This document shows, piece after piece, positions 45,732 to 54,868 of a stretch of 64,000 nucleotides of DNA. This DNA is from an uncultured Gammaproteobacteria bacterium (lineage in GTDB: Bacteria > Patescibacteriota > Patescibacteriia > UBA9934 > CAMTUG01). The position numbers and the translations under genes were made by a program. Positions within the stretch are counted from its first letter, which is position 1. The number at the start of each line of letters is the position of its first letter. The notes beneath the pieces were generated by a model. That model searched no databases, was not told where the DNA came from, and worked only from the letters and a program-made list of their open reading frames with translations. The stretch covers positions 3,128 through 67,127 of the forward strand of contig CAZPQJ010000007.1 of assembly GCA_964588955.1 (NCBI GenBank). The letters are read 5' to 3'.

Positions 45732-46946
45732 CTACTTCTTCAACACTCGTTGATACGCCTCCATGATTTTTTGATAATGCACTTCCGGGGCGTAGAGCTG
45801 TTCTGCACGATGACGCCCCGCACGGCCAAGAGCGGTGGCGTAAACAGGATCTTCAGCCACACGCGCAATGGCTTGGCGCAATCCTTGTACATCTCCCGGT
45901 TCAAATAACAATCCCGTTTGCGCGTCAGCCACCACTTCTGGCAAGGCTCCGACACGACTAGCGATCACCGGTTTACCAAGCGCCATCGCCTCAACCGCGA
46001 CAAGTCCAAACACTTCATGCCACAATGACGGCACAATCACCGCTCGGGCGCCGCGCACCAAATCCCACAAGGCCTCCCCGCTCTGGTACCCCTCAAATGT
46101 TACGTTGTTCATTTTATCGCCTTCTATGTGCAGATGTTGCTCTTCTGGTCCTGTGCCGACGATCTTGCACGGTACCCCCGGCATCTCCTGCATGGCGCGC
46201 AATAACACATCTACCCCCTTCTCTTCCACCAATCGCCCGTAATACAACACGTAACCGCTATCTTGGTACCGCGGCGCTTCAGCCACAAGACTCGTAAACA
46301 ACGGCACTTGCGTAAAACGCGCGCGATCAAAGCCGGCGGCAACATACGTGTTTTCTACGTATTGCGACGAAGTTAAAAACTGGTCAATCGTACGCGAATA
46401 ACTTTGCCGCAAGCGATGAAGTTTAAAACTCAGCGCCTGAGCGAACGAAGCGCGGTAAGAGTCTTTGTGAAAACGAGAGAACGTAAGCGTAGCCAGCGAC
46501 TTATGCGCCAAGTTTTCCGATCCGCCATGACGCCACATCATGTAATTGGGCGCGATTAAATGATAATCATGCACGCTCATGACGATGGGAATTTTTTCTT
46601 GTTTTAAAACATCGAGCACCGACGGCGAGATTTGTCCGTAAACGTTATGCACGTGTGCAACATCGGGGCGCGTGCGCTGAATGAGTTCACGCATCTTCCG
46701 CGCCGCTTCAAACGAATAGAGCATGCGGGCAAACGTTCGCAACCCTTGCCAACCGCCACGCACTTCCCCCGTCTCCACCGGACTCACAAAATAACGATCG
46801 TAGATACTCGGCGCGTTTTTCGCGTCTTTCATGGCAAAAGGAATCACCTCGTGACCGTGTGCCGTTAACAAATCTGAGAGCTCCATCATGTAGCGATCCG
46901 CTCCCCCCTTGGGCCAATAATATTTGTTGATTTGGAGAATCTTCAT
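45732..46946 (-). CDS. Glycosyltransferase family 4
   Basis: The N-terminus reads MKILQINKYYWPKGGADRY. The C-domain reads EVFGLVAVEAMALGKPVIASRVGALPEVVADAQTGLLFEPGD. The start was chosen at MKILQ. Confidence 0.8.
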   Translation of the reverse strand: MKILQINKYYWPKGGADRYMMELSDLLTAHGHEVIPFAMKDAKNAPSIYDRYFVSPVETGEVRGGWQGLRTFARMLYSFEAARKMRELIQRTRPDVAHVHNVYGQISPSVLDVLKQEKIPIVMSVHDYHLIAPNYMMWRHGGSENLAHKSLATLTFSRFHKDSYRASFAQALSFKLHRLRQSYSRTIDQFLTSSQYVENTYVAAGFDRARFTQVPLFTSLVAEAPRYQDSGYVLYYGRLVEEKGVDVLLRAMQEMPGVPCKIVGTGPEEQHLHIEGDKMNNVTFEGYQSGEALWDLVRGARAVIVPSLWHEVFGLVAVEAMALGKPVIASRVGALPEVVADAQTGLLFEPGDVQGLRQAIARVAEDPVYATALGRAGRHRAEQLYAPEVHYQKIMEAYQRVLKK

Positions 46947-47617
46947 ACCATGGCGATCAAAACAGACGTAAACCCAAACAGGCGCTGACGGACGATTTTG
47001 ACACGCGCTTCTTTCGGAAACAAACGTCGCAGCGATCGAGCGGATAACAAGGTGAGTTTCCCTGGCGTTCCCTCGTGTTTGCGTCCGAGAAGTTGATAAA
47101 AAAGATTGCGCGCGTCGGTTGGCAGCCAATGCAAGAACGGGATCATGGTGTGGGATTCAATGGGGAACGATCGCGAAGGGGTAGTAAGAAACACCCGCTT
47201 GCCGACACGCAAACACTCTCGTACAAACGCTTCTTGCGATTTCGTATACCCCACATGCTCGATGACCGCGTTTGAAAACACCACATCGAACTGTTTGTCC
47301 GCAAACGGCAAATGCTTACCATCTCCCTGAACAACCGTTACGGCAGGATAACGTTTATGAAAAGCTGTAAGATCATCAACGCCAACAGCGGTGATTTTTT
47401 CTGGATGCTCATACCACTCTTCCAAAAAGTTTTCCGCTCGTTCGCCGCTGGCCGCTCCGGAAACACCGACATCTAAAATCGTGGTGGCAAACGTCGGCCG
47501 CATCTGCCGCAAAAACAATCGGAACTTGCGCTTACGCGATGTAATCGTTAGCCGATGGGTGAGTTTCCACACCAACCCGTTTGGCCACTGCCAGAGTGTT
47601 TGAGATAACCAGGACAT
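46943..47617 (-). CDS. Class I SAM-dependent methyltransferase
   Basis: Motif I reads ILDVGVSGAASG. Post-I D and VFSNAVIEHV follow. The start is uncertain: MSWLS was chosen, and the track start is 47686. Confidence 0.6.
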   Translation of the reverse strand: MSWLSQTLWQWPNGLVWKLTHRLTITSRKRKFRLFLRQMRPTFATTILDVGVSGAASGERAENFLEEWYEHPEKITAVGVDDLTAFHKRYPAVTVVQGDGKHLPFADKQFDVVFSNAVIEHVGYTKSQEAFVRECLRVGKRVFLTTPSRSFPIESHTMIPFLHWLPTDARNLFYQLLGRKHEGTPGKLTLLSARSLRRLFPKEARVKIVRQRLFGFTSVLIAMV

Positions 47618-47619
47618 AC

Positions 47620-47760
47620 TAGAAAAAATTCGAAATACGAAATACCAAATCCGAAATAAATTCAAAATTCGAATAGGAAAATCCACAAACAGTTTTCCCT
47701 TTTTCCCATCTCCTTTTTCCGATTGTTTCGAATTTAGAATTTCGGATTTCGGATTTCATA
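47620..47760. repeat. Palindromic intergenic element (aaatccgaaat / atttcggattt arms; polypurine ggaaaaaggagatgggaaaaaggg core)
   Basis: ccaaatccgaaataaattcaaaattcgaa pairs with ttcgaatttagaatttcggatttcgg. The core is related to the GGAGAAA-rich elements at 59290, 61170 and 62770. Confidence 0.5.
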
Positions 47761-49282
47761 TGACTTTCTCTTCCTCGCCTAACACCGCCACAAATCCTGC
47801 GTACATCCACAAGTAAATGGCTAGCGATCGCACTTCAAAAAAGGTCGCTAAGAACGCGTTGAGGGCAACAGCAATCATGGCACCAGCAAATCCAAAAGCC
47901 AGTGAGCAGATGAACGGATCTTTGCTCGCGCGCCCCACACGCAGAGCGTAGAAAAACAAGGCCAAGTACATCCACAAGAAAAATCCTATGCCAAGCGTGC
48001 CCGTTTCTCCCCAAATCGAAAACCAGTTATTGTCGATGTACCCCGCCGTTCCATATACGCCAAACGGCAAGCCAAGCGTGTCGTACACTTTGGTGTTGTG
48101 AAACAGAATCGCTGTTCCCCCGCCGTACATGCCTGGCCCCCAACCAAAAATCGGCGCGGCTGGCACAACACTGGTTACCGTTTGCACAACCCAAAACAAT
48201 CGCCCAAGTCCGTAGTACTCCCCTTGCCAACGTTCGTACGAGAAGGCTTCAAAGAACCGTTCGGCAACGGTTTGCTGCGGGACGTCGATCAGGCTATTAA
48301 CGATAATGCCCGTGTAGGCCAAATAGCCAACAATCACGGCAGCGATCACTCCGAGTCCAATCAGCACTTTGCGGTCGCGTCGCACATACAAGGCGATGAA
48401 CAAAAATCCCAAGACAAATCCAAACCAGCTCGAACGCGAGTACGTCAAAATGAGCGCGGGAATGCCGAGCAAAAAAAGCCACGGCAGTTCTTTACGCTCC
48501 GCGCGCACCAATTTTTCATACAAAAAGCTAGCGGCGATGATCAGGAAAAAAGCGAGAAACACCCCCAGGCGGTCGTAACGCCCAAGCGTGGCAAACACGC
48601 GGCTGCCCGCGTCCCAAAACTGAATTGTCCCTTCGGTAATCTGAAACTCGCCAAAAGTGCGTGTTTCTGATGGAAGCAAAAAGGTATCCAAAGGCGTACC
48701 AACAACGGCTTGCGTGAGCGCGATCGCCGCCTGCAGACAAACCACACCAAAAAGTACCATCGTCAATCGGTGGACAAAGGCTTTGTCGGGGCGCAACATG
48801 ATGACCGCAAAGTAAATGAGAATGAAACGGATGATGGAGCGAATACCAAACAAGGCAATCGTCGGATCAACTAAATTGAAGACACTGGAGGCGCCAAGAG
48901 CGATGAGGAAAAAGATGAACGGCATGGTCAATGGATTGGCACGAAACCGTTCGCCGCGGCTGAGCATGCGAATAAGTGCCACGACAAAAATGAGGTACAC
49001 CAATCCTTCAGAAAAAAATCTGGCGAATAGATACAAGTCGTCTGGCATCCACTTGAGCAAAAACGGTTCAAATGGCAAATAGACAGACAAAAACGCCAAG
49101 CTCCAGAGTGGCTTCACGATGGTCAAAAAAAGAAAAACAATGGCGATGAGCGTGCCAAGCACAAACGTTGGCGACAAAAAGACCACGCCAAGCACAGCAA
49201 ACACGAGCACAGCCAAAACAGAAACAAGAATAAGCGGCATGCGCTCGTCGCTGTGCTTATACGCCTCCCGCAAGTTGACCAT
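47756..49282 (-). CDS. O-antigen ligase/polymerase (Wzy_C) family membrane protein
   Basis: About 12 TM helices are present. The signature LILTYSRSSWFGFVLGF (Wzy_C motif) is present. The start is uncertain, between 49240 and 49354. TATAAT lies 9 nt upstream of the ATG at 49282. Confidence 0.7.
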   Translation of the reverse strand: MVNLREAYKHSDERMPLILVSVLAVLVFAVLGVVFLSPTFVLGTLIAIVFLFLTIVKPLWSLAFLSVYLPFEPFLLKWMPDDLYLFARFFSEGLVYLIFVVALIRMLSRGERFRANPLTMPFIFFLIALGASSVFNLVDPTIALFGIRSIIRFILIYFAVIMLRPDKAFVHRLTMVLFGVVCLQAAIALTQAVVGTPLDTFLLPSETRTFGEFQITEGTIQFWDAGSRVFATLGRYDRLGVFLAFFLIIAASFLYEKLVRAERKELPWLFLLGIPALILTYSRSSWFGFVLGFLFIALYVRRDRKVLIGLGVIAAVIVGYLAYTGIIVNSLIDVPQQTVAERFFEAFSYERWQGEYYGLGRLFWVVQTVTSVVPAAPIFGWGPGMYGGGTAILFHNTKVYDTLGLPFGVYGTAGYIDNNWFSIWGETGTLGIGFFLWMYLALFFYALRVGRASKDPFICSLAFGFAGAMIAVALNAFLATFFEVRSLAIYLWMYAGFVAVLGEEEKVI

Positions 49283-49309
49283 AATGGGATTATTATAACA
49301 CAAAGTCAA

Positions 49310-49338
49310 CGCCCCTGAAGGAGTTTCCTTCAGGGGCG
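49310..49338 (-). terminator. Terminator hairpin of the upstream lipoprotein gene (CCCCTGAAGG palindrome family)
   Basis: The sequence is cgcccctgaagg-agtttc-cttcaggggcg. Related hairpins lie at 57720..57757 and 52972..53005. Confidence 0.55.
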
Positions 49339-49449
49339 TAAGAATCTCTCGCACCCCTTCAGGAAGATCTCCCTTCAGGGCGCGTTGGCGGAGGTCGGTC
49401 CCGCTCTCTTGATACTCGACCTACAGCGGGACTTCTCCTCGCTGGATGC

Positions 49450-51042
49450 CTACTTCCAGTAGGCGTTGATGTAGGCGCCGTCGTTGGCGCCCGTCTTGGA
49501 GCCGTCGCCGTCGTCATCGGTCGAAACCGGGACGGCGAAGAGCGGAGCCTCGTCGTCGCGGTAGAGGTTGCCCACCACCGCGAACTCGTAGACGCCGTCG
49601 CCATCCGTGTCGCCGATGTTGGCGGCCCCCCATTGGACCTCGGCCCCGTCGAAGTACTCGACCTGGAGCACTTCGAACCCCGTGGGGAACTCCATCGGCT
49701 CGGAGACGATCTCGGTGGTCAGCACCCCGAAGTCGGCAGTGGCGATCACGGTCCACTCGAGGGTGTCCCAGCTCCAGGACCAGATCTGCCCCCCGTAGAA
49801 GCCCTCAGGGAGCTCCCAGGTGACGATCGAGAGGCCGTCGTCGATCTCCGTGCCGGTGTCGGCGGTATCGGCGTCGACAGCCGTGTCGGAGTCCTCGGTC
49901 CCGACGCCCGTGCCCGCGGTGTCCGCCGCGGAGTCGATGCCGGTCTCGACGGACCCGGTGGCCGTGTCGACCGTGCCGGTGTCGGTGGCCGTGTCGGAGT
50001 CGACCGCGGTGTCGGCCTCGGCGGTGTCGCTGTCCGCGACCGCGCCGGAGTCCGAGTCGACGAGCACGATACCGGAATCGCTCCCGGTGTCCGTGTCGCT
50101 GTCGACGCCGGTGTCGATCGCGCCGGTGTCGGTGTCCTCGGGCAGACAGTCGTCGCCCTCGTCCACCTGGCCGTCGCAGTCGTTGTCGATCTTGTCGCAC
50201 TCCTCGACGGCGCTCGGGTTGATGGCCTCCGCGTTGTCGTCGCAGTCGATCGCGCCGCTGACGGTGGTGAAACCGTCGCCGTCACAGTCGTTGTCGACGC
50301 ACGGGTCTTCCTCCGCGGAATCCGCCGCGGTGTCGGTGTCCCCGGTGCCGCCGGAGTCGACGGTGCCGGAGTCTTCGGGCTCGGCGCCCGTGTCGACGAC
50401 CTCGCAGCCCTCGTCGACCAGCCCGTCGCAGTCGTCGTCCCGCTCGTTGGAGCAGGTCTCGACCGCACCGGGGTTGACCGACTTGTAGTCGTCGTCACAG
50501 TCGCCCGGGAGGCTCGCGTCGGCGCACTCGGCGCCTTCACAGAACCCGTCGCCGTCGTTGTCGTATTCGCCGACCACGGTGCCGCTGTCAGCGTCCGTGT
50601 CGGAATCGGTGTCGGTGTCCGCGTCCGAATCCGTGTCGGCATCCGTGTCCGAGTCCGCATCGGTGTCGCTGTCGGAATCCGAATCGGTGTCCGAGTCCGT
50701 GTCAGCGTCCGTGTCGGAATCGGTGTCGGTGTCCGCGTCGGAGTCGGTGTCCGTGTCCGCCTCGCCGGTATCGACACTGCCGCTGCCGGCCGTGTCGACG
50801 ATCTCGCCGGTGTCGGTGTCCGTGCCCGAGTCCGTGTTGGTGTCCACGATCCCCGAGTCTTCCCCGGAGTCCGTCTCGACCGTTCCCGTCTCGGTGTCCG
50901 CCGTGTCGACCGGGGCGCTGTCGCCCGTGTCGATCTCGCCCGTCTCCCCCTGCTCGACGCTGCCGGTGTCGGCGACATCGTAGTCGAGGTCGATCGGGTT
51001 GCTGTCGCAGCCGACGAGGATCAAGCTGATGATCAGGAACAT
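49450..51042 (-). CDS. Lipoprotein with acidic (DTD/DSD)n tract and MopE-like Asp/Cys-rich 'putative metal-binding' repeats
   Basis: The lipobox is LILVGC. It is followed by tandem DxDxDGDGxxxxxDCDDxxxxxxPGAxExCxxxDxDCDG-type units and a W-rich C-domain. GC is ~67%. Confidence 0.7.
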   Translation of the reverse strand: MFLIISLILVGCDSNPIDLDYDVADTGSVEQGETGEIDTGDSAPVDTADTETGTVETDSGEDSGIVDTNTDSGTDTDTGEIVDTAGSGSVDTGEADTDTDSDADTDTDSDTDADTDSDTDSDSDSDTDADSDTDADTDSDADTDTDSDTDADSGTVVGEYDNDGDGFCEGAECADASLPGDCDDDYKSVNPGAVETCSNERDDDCDGLVDEGCEVVDTGAEPEDSGTVDSGGTGDTDTAADSAEEDPCVDNDCDGDGFTTVSGAIDCDDNAEAINPSAVEECDKIDNDCDGQVDEGDDCLPEDTDTGAIDTGVDSDTDTGSDSGIVLVDSDSGAVADSDTAEADTAVDSDTATDTGTVDTATGSVETGIDSAADTAGTGVGTEDSDTAVDADTADTGTEIDDGLSIVTWELPEGFYGGQIWSWSWDTLEWTVIATADFGVLTTEIVSEPMEFPTGFEVLQVEYFDGAEVQWGAANIGDTDGDGVYEFAVVGNLYRDDEAPLFAVPVSTDDDGDGSKTGANDGAYINAYWK

Positions 51043-51339
51043 GTGGGTCTCCTTGCAGGCACTCTGGCCTGCCATGGGTTCACGCTTTCAGGAACGTCTC
51101 AAACGCACAAACGTGGATTGCGCTCGAGAAAAGGGAGGAGATTCGGCTCCTTTGTCCTAGTTCCGCAACGATTTACCATCATCACGAAACAGGAAAATAT
51201 AGCATAAAAATGGGGTTTTGTCAATGGTACATGGCCAATATTGGCCAAAAAATGCCATTAAACGCGAAGACGCCGCCCGAGGAGTGAACCTGGGCGGACG
51301 TCGTTGGAGGTCAGGGCCCGGTCGGGTTGGTAGAAGCGG

Positions 51340-52857
51340 CTAGGGGGCGGTGATCATGCGGGAGTAGTCGCCGTCGCCGTCGGGGTCGACCAGGGTGACG
51401 GAGTTGGGCACCCCGTCCGTGCTGGAGTGGATGCTGGCCGAGGCGTCGTCGGCGAGCGAGGTGCCGTCCGGGAAGTAGGCGTCGACGGTGGCGCTGTCGC
51501 TGCCGCCGAGGCACAGGTCCATGGTGAAGGCGAAGTACCAGGAGGTGCCGCCGAGGAAGCTACTCGAGACCGTCACCCCGACCACGCCTTCCGGGGACCA
51601 CTCGCCGCTGAGCGCCGAGCCACCCCCGGTGACTTCGGCCACGAACGAGTCGGGCTGGCCGTTGTTGCTGTTCAACTCGACCAGGAACTCGCACGGATCC
51701 TCGTCGACGCTACCGTCACAGTCGTTGTCGAGGCCGTCGCTGCCCTTGTCGGCGGCGCCGGGGTGGATGGTGTCGTCGGTGTCGTCGCAGTCGTCGTCGT
51801 TGTCGACGTAGTCGGAGGGAGCCGTGCAACTCGTGAAGGTGTCACTCGGGTCGCCGTAGCCGTCCTCGTCGCCGTCGTAGTAGCGGGTGACCTCGTCGAC
51901 CGCGCGGTCGTGGATGTCGCCGTCGCAGTCGTTGTCCACGCCGTCGGTGGCGCAGGTCTCCGGGGCGCCGGTGTAGGTGGCGGCGTCGTAGTCGTTGCAG
52001 TCGAGGGTGTTGTCGACGAAGCCACCGGGCGCCTCGCAGCCTTCGGTGGAGGAGCTGGCGTTGCCCTGGCCGTCGGCGTCGACGTCGGCGTAGAAGGGAC
52101 TCATCACCCCCTCGTCGACGCTCTCGTCACAGTTGTCGTCGACGCCGTTGCAGGACTCGGGGGCACCGGGGTAGATGGTGCCGTCGTCGTCGTTGCAGTC
52201 GTCGGCGTTGGCCGACCACCCGGGGAAGGCCTCGCAGGCGAGGATCGTCGACGCGTTGCTGCCGTAGGTGTCGCCGTCGGCGTCGATGTAGATGGTGGTG
52301 TAGAGACCCTCCTCGTCCGTGTCGACCCAGGTGTCCCAGGTGTCGCAGTCGTTGGGCTGACCGTCACAGACCTCCGGCGCGCCGGGGTAGATCCAGGCGT
52401 TGTCGTCGTCGCAGTCCCAATGGAACTCGCTCGGGTCGCCGTCACCGTCCTCATCGTAGTAGTCGTCGTCGGTGAGCTGCTCGTAGGCGTCGGAGAGCTC
52501 CCCGCCGTTGGCTGCCACGAACTCCTCGAGGGTGTCGATGTCGCAGGCCATGGCCACGCCGTTGCTGTCGTTGAAGCCGTCGCCGTCGCTGTCCATGGCC
52601 CAGATGTTGTCGACGTGGTAGGTGTCGGCGTCGTCGGCCGCGCCGTCGCAGTCGTTGTCGACTCCTCCGTCGCACAGCTCGACCGCCCCGGGGTGGATGT
52701 TGGGGTCGGCGTCATCGCAGTCCCCGCCGAGCTCGGTGTAGCTGTCTCCGTCGTCGTCGACGTAGTAGCCCTTCTCGGTCGAACCCGACTTGTCAGTGGG
52801 ATTGCGACCGGTACCGGCACAGGCCGCGAGGAGGAGGATGAGGGAAAGGTAGCGCAT
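51340..52857 (-). CDS. Lipoprotein with MopE-like Asp/Cys-rich repeats
   Basis: The lipobox is LLLAACAG. There are 5 or more DCDD..PGA.E.C.G.DNDCDG repeats. GC is high. Confidence 0.7.
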   Translation of the reverse strand: MRYLSLILLLAACAGTGRNPTDKSGSTEKGYYVDDDGDSYTELGGDCDDADPNIHPGAVELCDGGVDNDCDGAADDADTYHVDNIWAMDSDGDGFNDSNGVAMACDIDTLEEFVAANGGELSDAYEQLTDDDYYDEDGDGDPSEFHWDCDDDNAWIYPGAPEVCDGQPNDCDTWDTWVDTDEEGLYTTIYIDADGDTYGSNASTILACEAFPGWSANADDCNDDDGTIYPGAPESCNGVDDNCDESVDEGVMSPFYADVDADGQGNASSSTEGCEAPGGFVDNTLDCNDYDAATYTGAPETCATDGVDNDCDGDIHDRAVDEVTRYYDGDEDGYGDPSDTFTSCTAPSDYVDNDDDCDDTDDTIHPGAADKGSDGLDNDCDGSVDEDPCEFLVELNSNNGQPDSFVAEVTGGGSALSGEWSPEGVVGVTVSSSFLGGTSWYFAFTMDLCLGGSDSATVDAYFPDGTSLADDASASIHSSTDGVPNSVTLVDPDGDGDYSRMITAP

Positions 52858-52933
52858 CTCGATTGACTCCGTTGGGGTGATCTCCCTAAGAAAAGCACTT
52901 GGAAACCCAGTAACTTCCGCATGGGGAGATAGG

Positions 52934-52962
52934 GTTATACCCAGGAACTGTCAAATTGTCAA
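52934..52962 (-). promoter_or_regulatory. Candidate promoter (TTGACA-N17-TATAAC) for the 51340..52857 gene
   Basis: On the minus strand, ttgaca is at 52962..52957 and tataac at 52939..52934. Confidence 0.4.
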
Positions 52963-53018
52963 TATAATGAGGATCCCCTCAGGAAGAGCGCTTCCCGAGG
53001 GGATCTTGAGAAACCCGG

Positions 53019-54629
53019 TCAAAACTTGCCGTCACAGTCGTCGTCGTAGGCGTCGTCGGGCGCGTCGTAGGCGCCGGGGTGGGTGGAGTCGTTGCTGTCG
53101 TCGCAGTCGCCGTTGTGGTCGACGTAGCCTTCCGGACAGATTCCGTCCTTGGCGGCAATCCCGCCCACGGAGTCGCCGTAGCCGTCGTTGTCGGCGTCCG
53201 GGAAGCAGGCCACTTCGCAGACGTTGTCTTCGTCGATGACGCCGTCACCGTTGTTGTCGACGCCGTCGCACTCCTCGACGTCACTGCAGTCCGCGATCCC
53301 GTCGCTGTCGGCGTCGAAACCTTCGTCAACCTCATCATCGCAGTCGTCGTCGAGGCCGTTGCAGATCTCTTCCGCGTCGGGGTTGATCGCCGCGTCGGCA
53401 TCGTCACAGTCGCCGCTCTCCGCGATGTAGCCAGAGGGCGCGCTGCAGTTCTCGATGCTGTCGCGACTGTCACCGAAGCCGTCGTTGTCGCCATCGTAGT
53501 ACCAGGTGGTGGCTCCGGTGGCGTCGGACTCGTCGGTGGTGCCGTCGCAGTCGTTGTCCGCGCTGTCGCAGACCTCGCTCGCGCCGGGGTTGATCGTCGA
53601 ATCGCCGTCGTCGCAGTCGCCCTTGGCTTCGACGTAGCCGCTCGGGGCGGTGCAGGTCGTCTCGCTCTTGCGGGCGAGGCCGTACCCGTCGCTGTCCGCG
53701 TCGAGGTAGAACGTGGAAGTGCCCACGGCGCTGTCGGGATCGATCTCGCCATCGCAGTCGTCGTCGAGGCCGTTGCAGGTCTCGATCGCGTCCGGGTTCA
53801 CTTCCGCGCTCGTGTCGTCGCAGTCGCCCGCGTCCACCACGTAGCCCGAGGGCTCGTAGCAACTGACGACCGCGTCGCCCGGGTTGCCGAAGCTGTCACC
53901 GTCGTTGTCCGCGAACCAGGTCGGGGCACCGAAGGCGTCGCCCTCGTCGACGCTGCCATCGCAGTCGTTGTCGAGGCCGTCGCAGTACTCGGTAGCGCCC
54001 AGGTGCACGCCCACGTCGGCGTCGTTGCAGTCGTCGGCGTTCTCGACGTACTCCTCGGGCACGGAACAGGCCAGGGTGGAGGAACTCGCGTTCCCCTGCC
54101 CGTCGCCGTCCGCGTCTTCGTAGAACGTCAGCTCGACGCCTTCGTCGACGCCCCCGTCGCAGTCGTTGTCCGCACTGTCGCAGACTTCGCTCGCGCTCGG
54201 GTTGACGTCGCTGCGCGCGTCGTCGCAGTCGTTGGCGTTCACGACGTAGCTCGGGATCTCCACGCAGGTGGTGATCTCGATGCTGGCGTCGCCGTAGCCG
54301 TCGCCGTCGCCGTCGAAGTAGCGCGCGTCGCCATCGTCGCTCTCGCCATCGCAGTTGTCGTCCACGCCGTTGCCGCAGATCTCGGCCACGCCAGGGTTGA
54401 CGCTCGCGTTGTTGTCGTCGCAGTCGGCCTCAGCGCCGTAGCCGTCGCCGTCGTTGTCCGTGTCGACGACCCCACCGCTGTCGCTGTCGACGTTGGTGTC
54501 GCTGTCGTCGCCGCCGGTCTCGACGTTGCCGGTCTCTTCGACCGAATCGGCCGAGTCGACATCGTCCGAATCCCCGTTGTACGGGGGCAGGAACATGTCC
54601 ATGCAGGCACTCAAAAGGAGCAAGATCAC
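53019..54629 (-). CDS. Lipoprotein with MopE-like Asp/Cys-rich repeats
   Basis: The lipobox is LLLSAC. There are ~9 repeats of the form DADGDGxG....C.....YV....DCDD.....NPGA.E.C...DNDCDG. Confidence 0.7.
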   Translation of the reverse strand: MILLLLSACMDMFLPPYNGDSDDVDSADSVEETGNVETGGDDSDTNVDSDSGGVVDTDNDGDGYGAEADCDDNNASVNPGVAEICGNGVDDNCDGESDDGDARYFDGDGDGYGDASIEITTCVEIPSYVVNANDCDDARSDVNPSASEVCDSADNDCDGGVDEGVELTFYEDADGDGQGNASSSTLACSVPEEYVENADDCNDADVGVHLGATEYCDGLDNDCDGSVDEGDAFGAPTWFADNDGDSFGNPGDAVVSCYEPSGYVVDAGDCDDTSAEVNPDAIETCNGLDDDCDGEIDPDSAVGTSTFYLDADSDGYGLARKSETTCTAPSGYVEAKGDCDDGDSTINPGASEVCDSADNDCDGTTDESDATGATTWYYDGDNDGFGDSRDSIENCSAPSGYIAESGDCDDADAAINPDAEEICNGLDDDCDDEVDEGFDADSDGIADCSDVEECDGVDNNGDGVIDEDNVCEVACFPDADNDGYGDSVGGIAAKDGICPEGYVDHNGDCDDSNDSTHPGAYDAPDDAYDDDCDGKF

Positions 54630-54868
54630 GGGACCTCCAGGGTAGGATAATCTTCAAAACAGAGCAGGCCCCTATTTTGAAGATCGGTTGGGGAAAAGTG
54701 CTAATCGTTGCTTTTGGCCTGACTTATGCCCTTGTCAGTCCAAAAACACCTCTCAAATTAGCCTTGTTTTCCTTGTCCGCGAACTGTAGTTCTTATCACG
54801 ATAATCAAGAAACGTCAAGCAATTGCGCCTCCCCAGGGAGTACCCGGGGAGGCGCAAGCAGTCAGGGA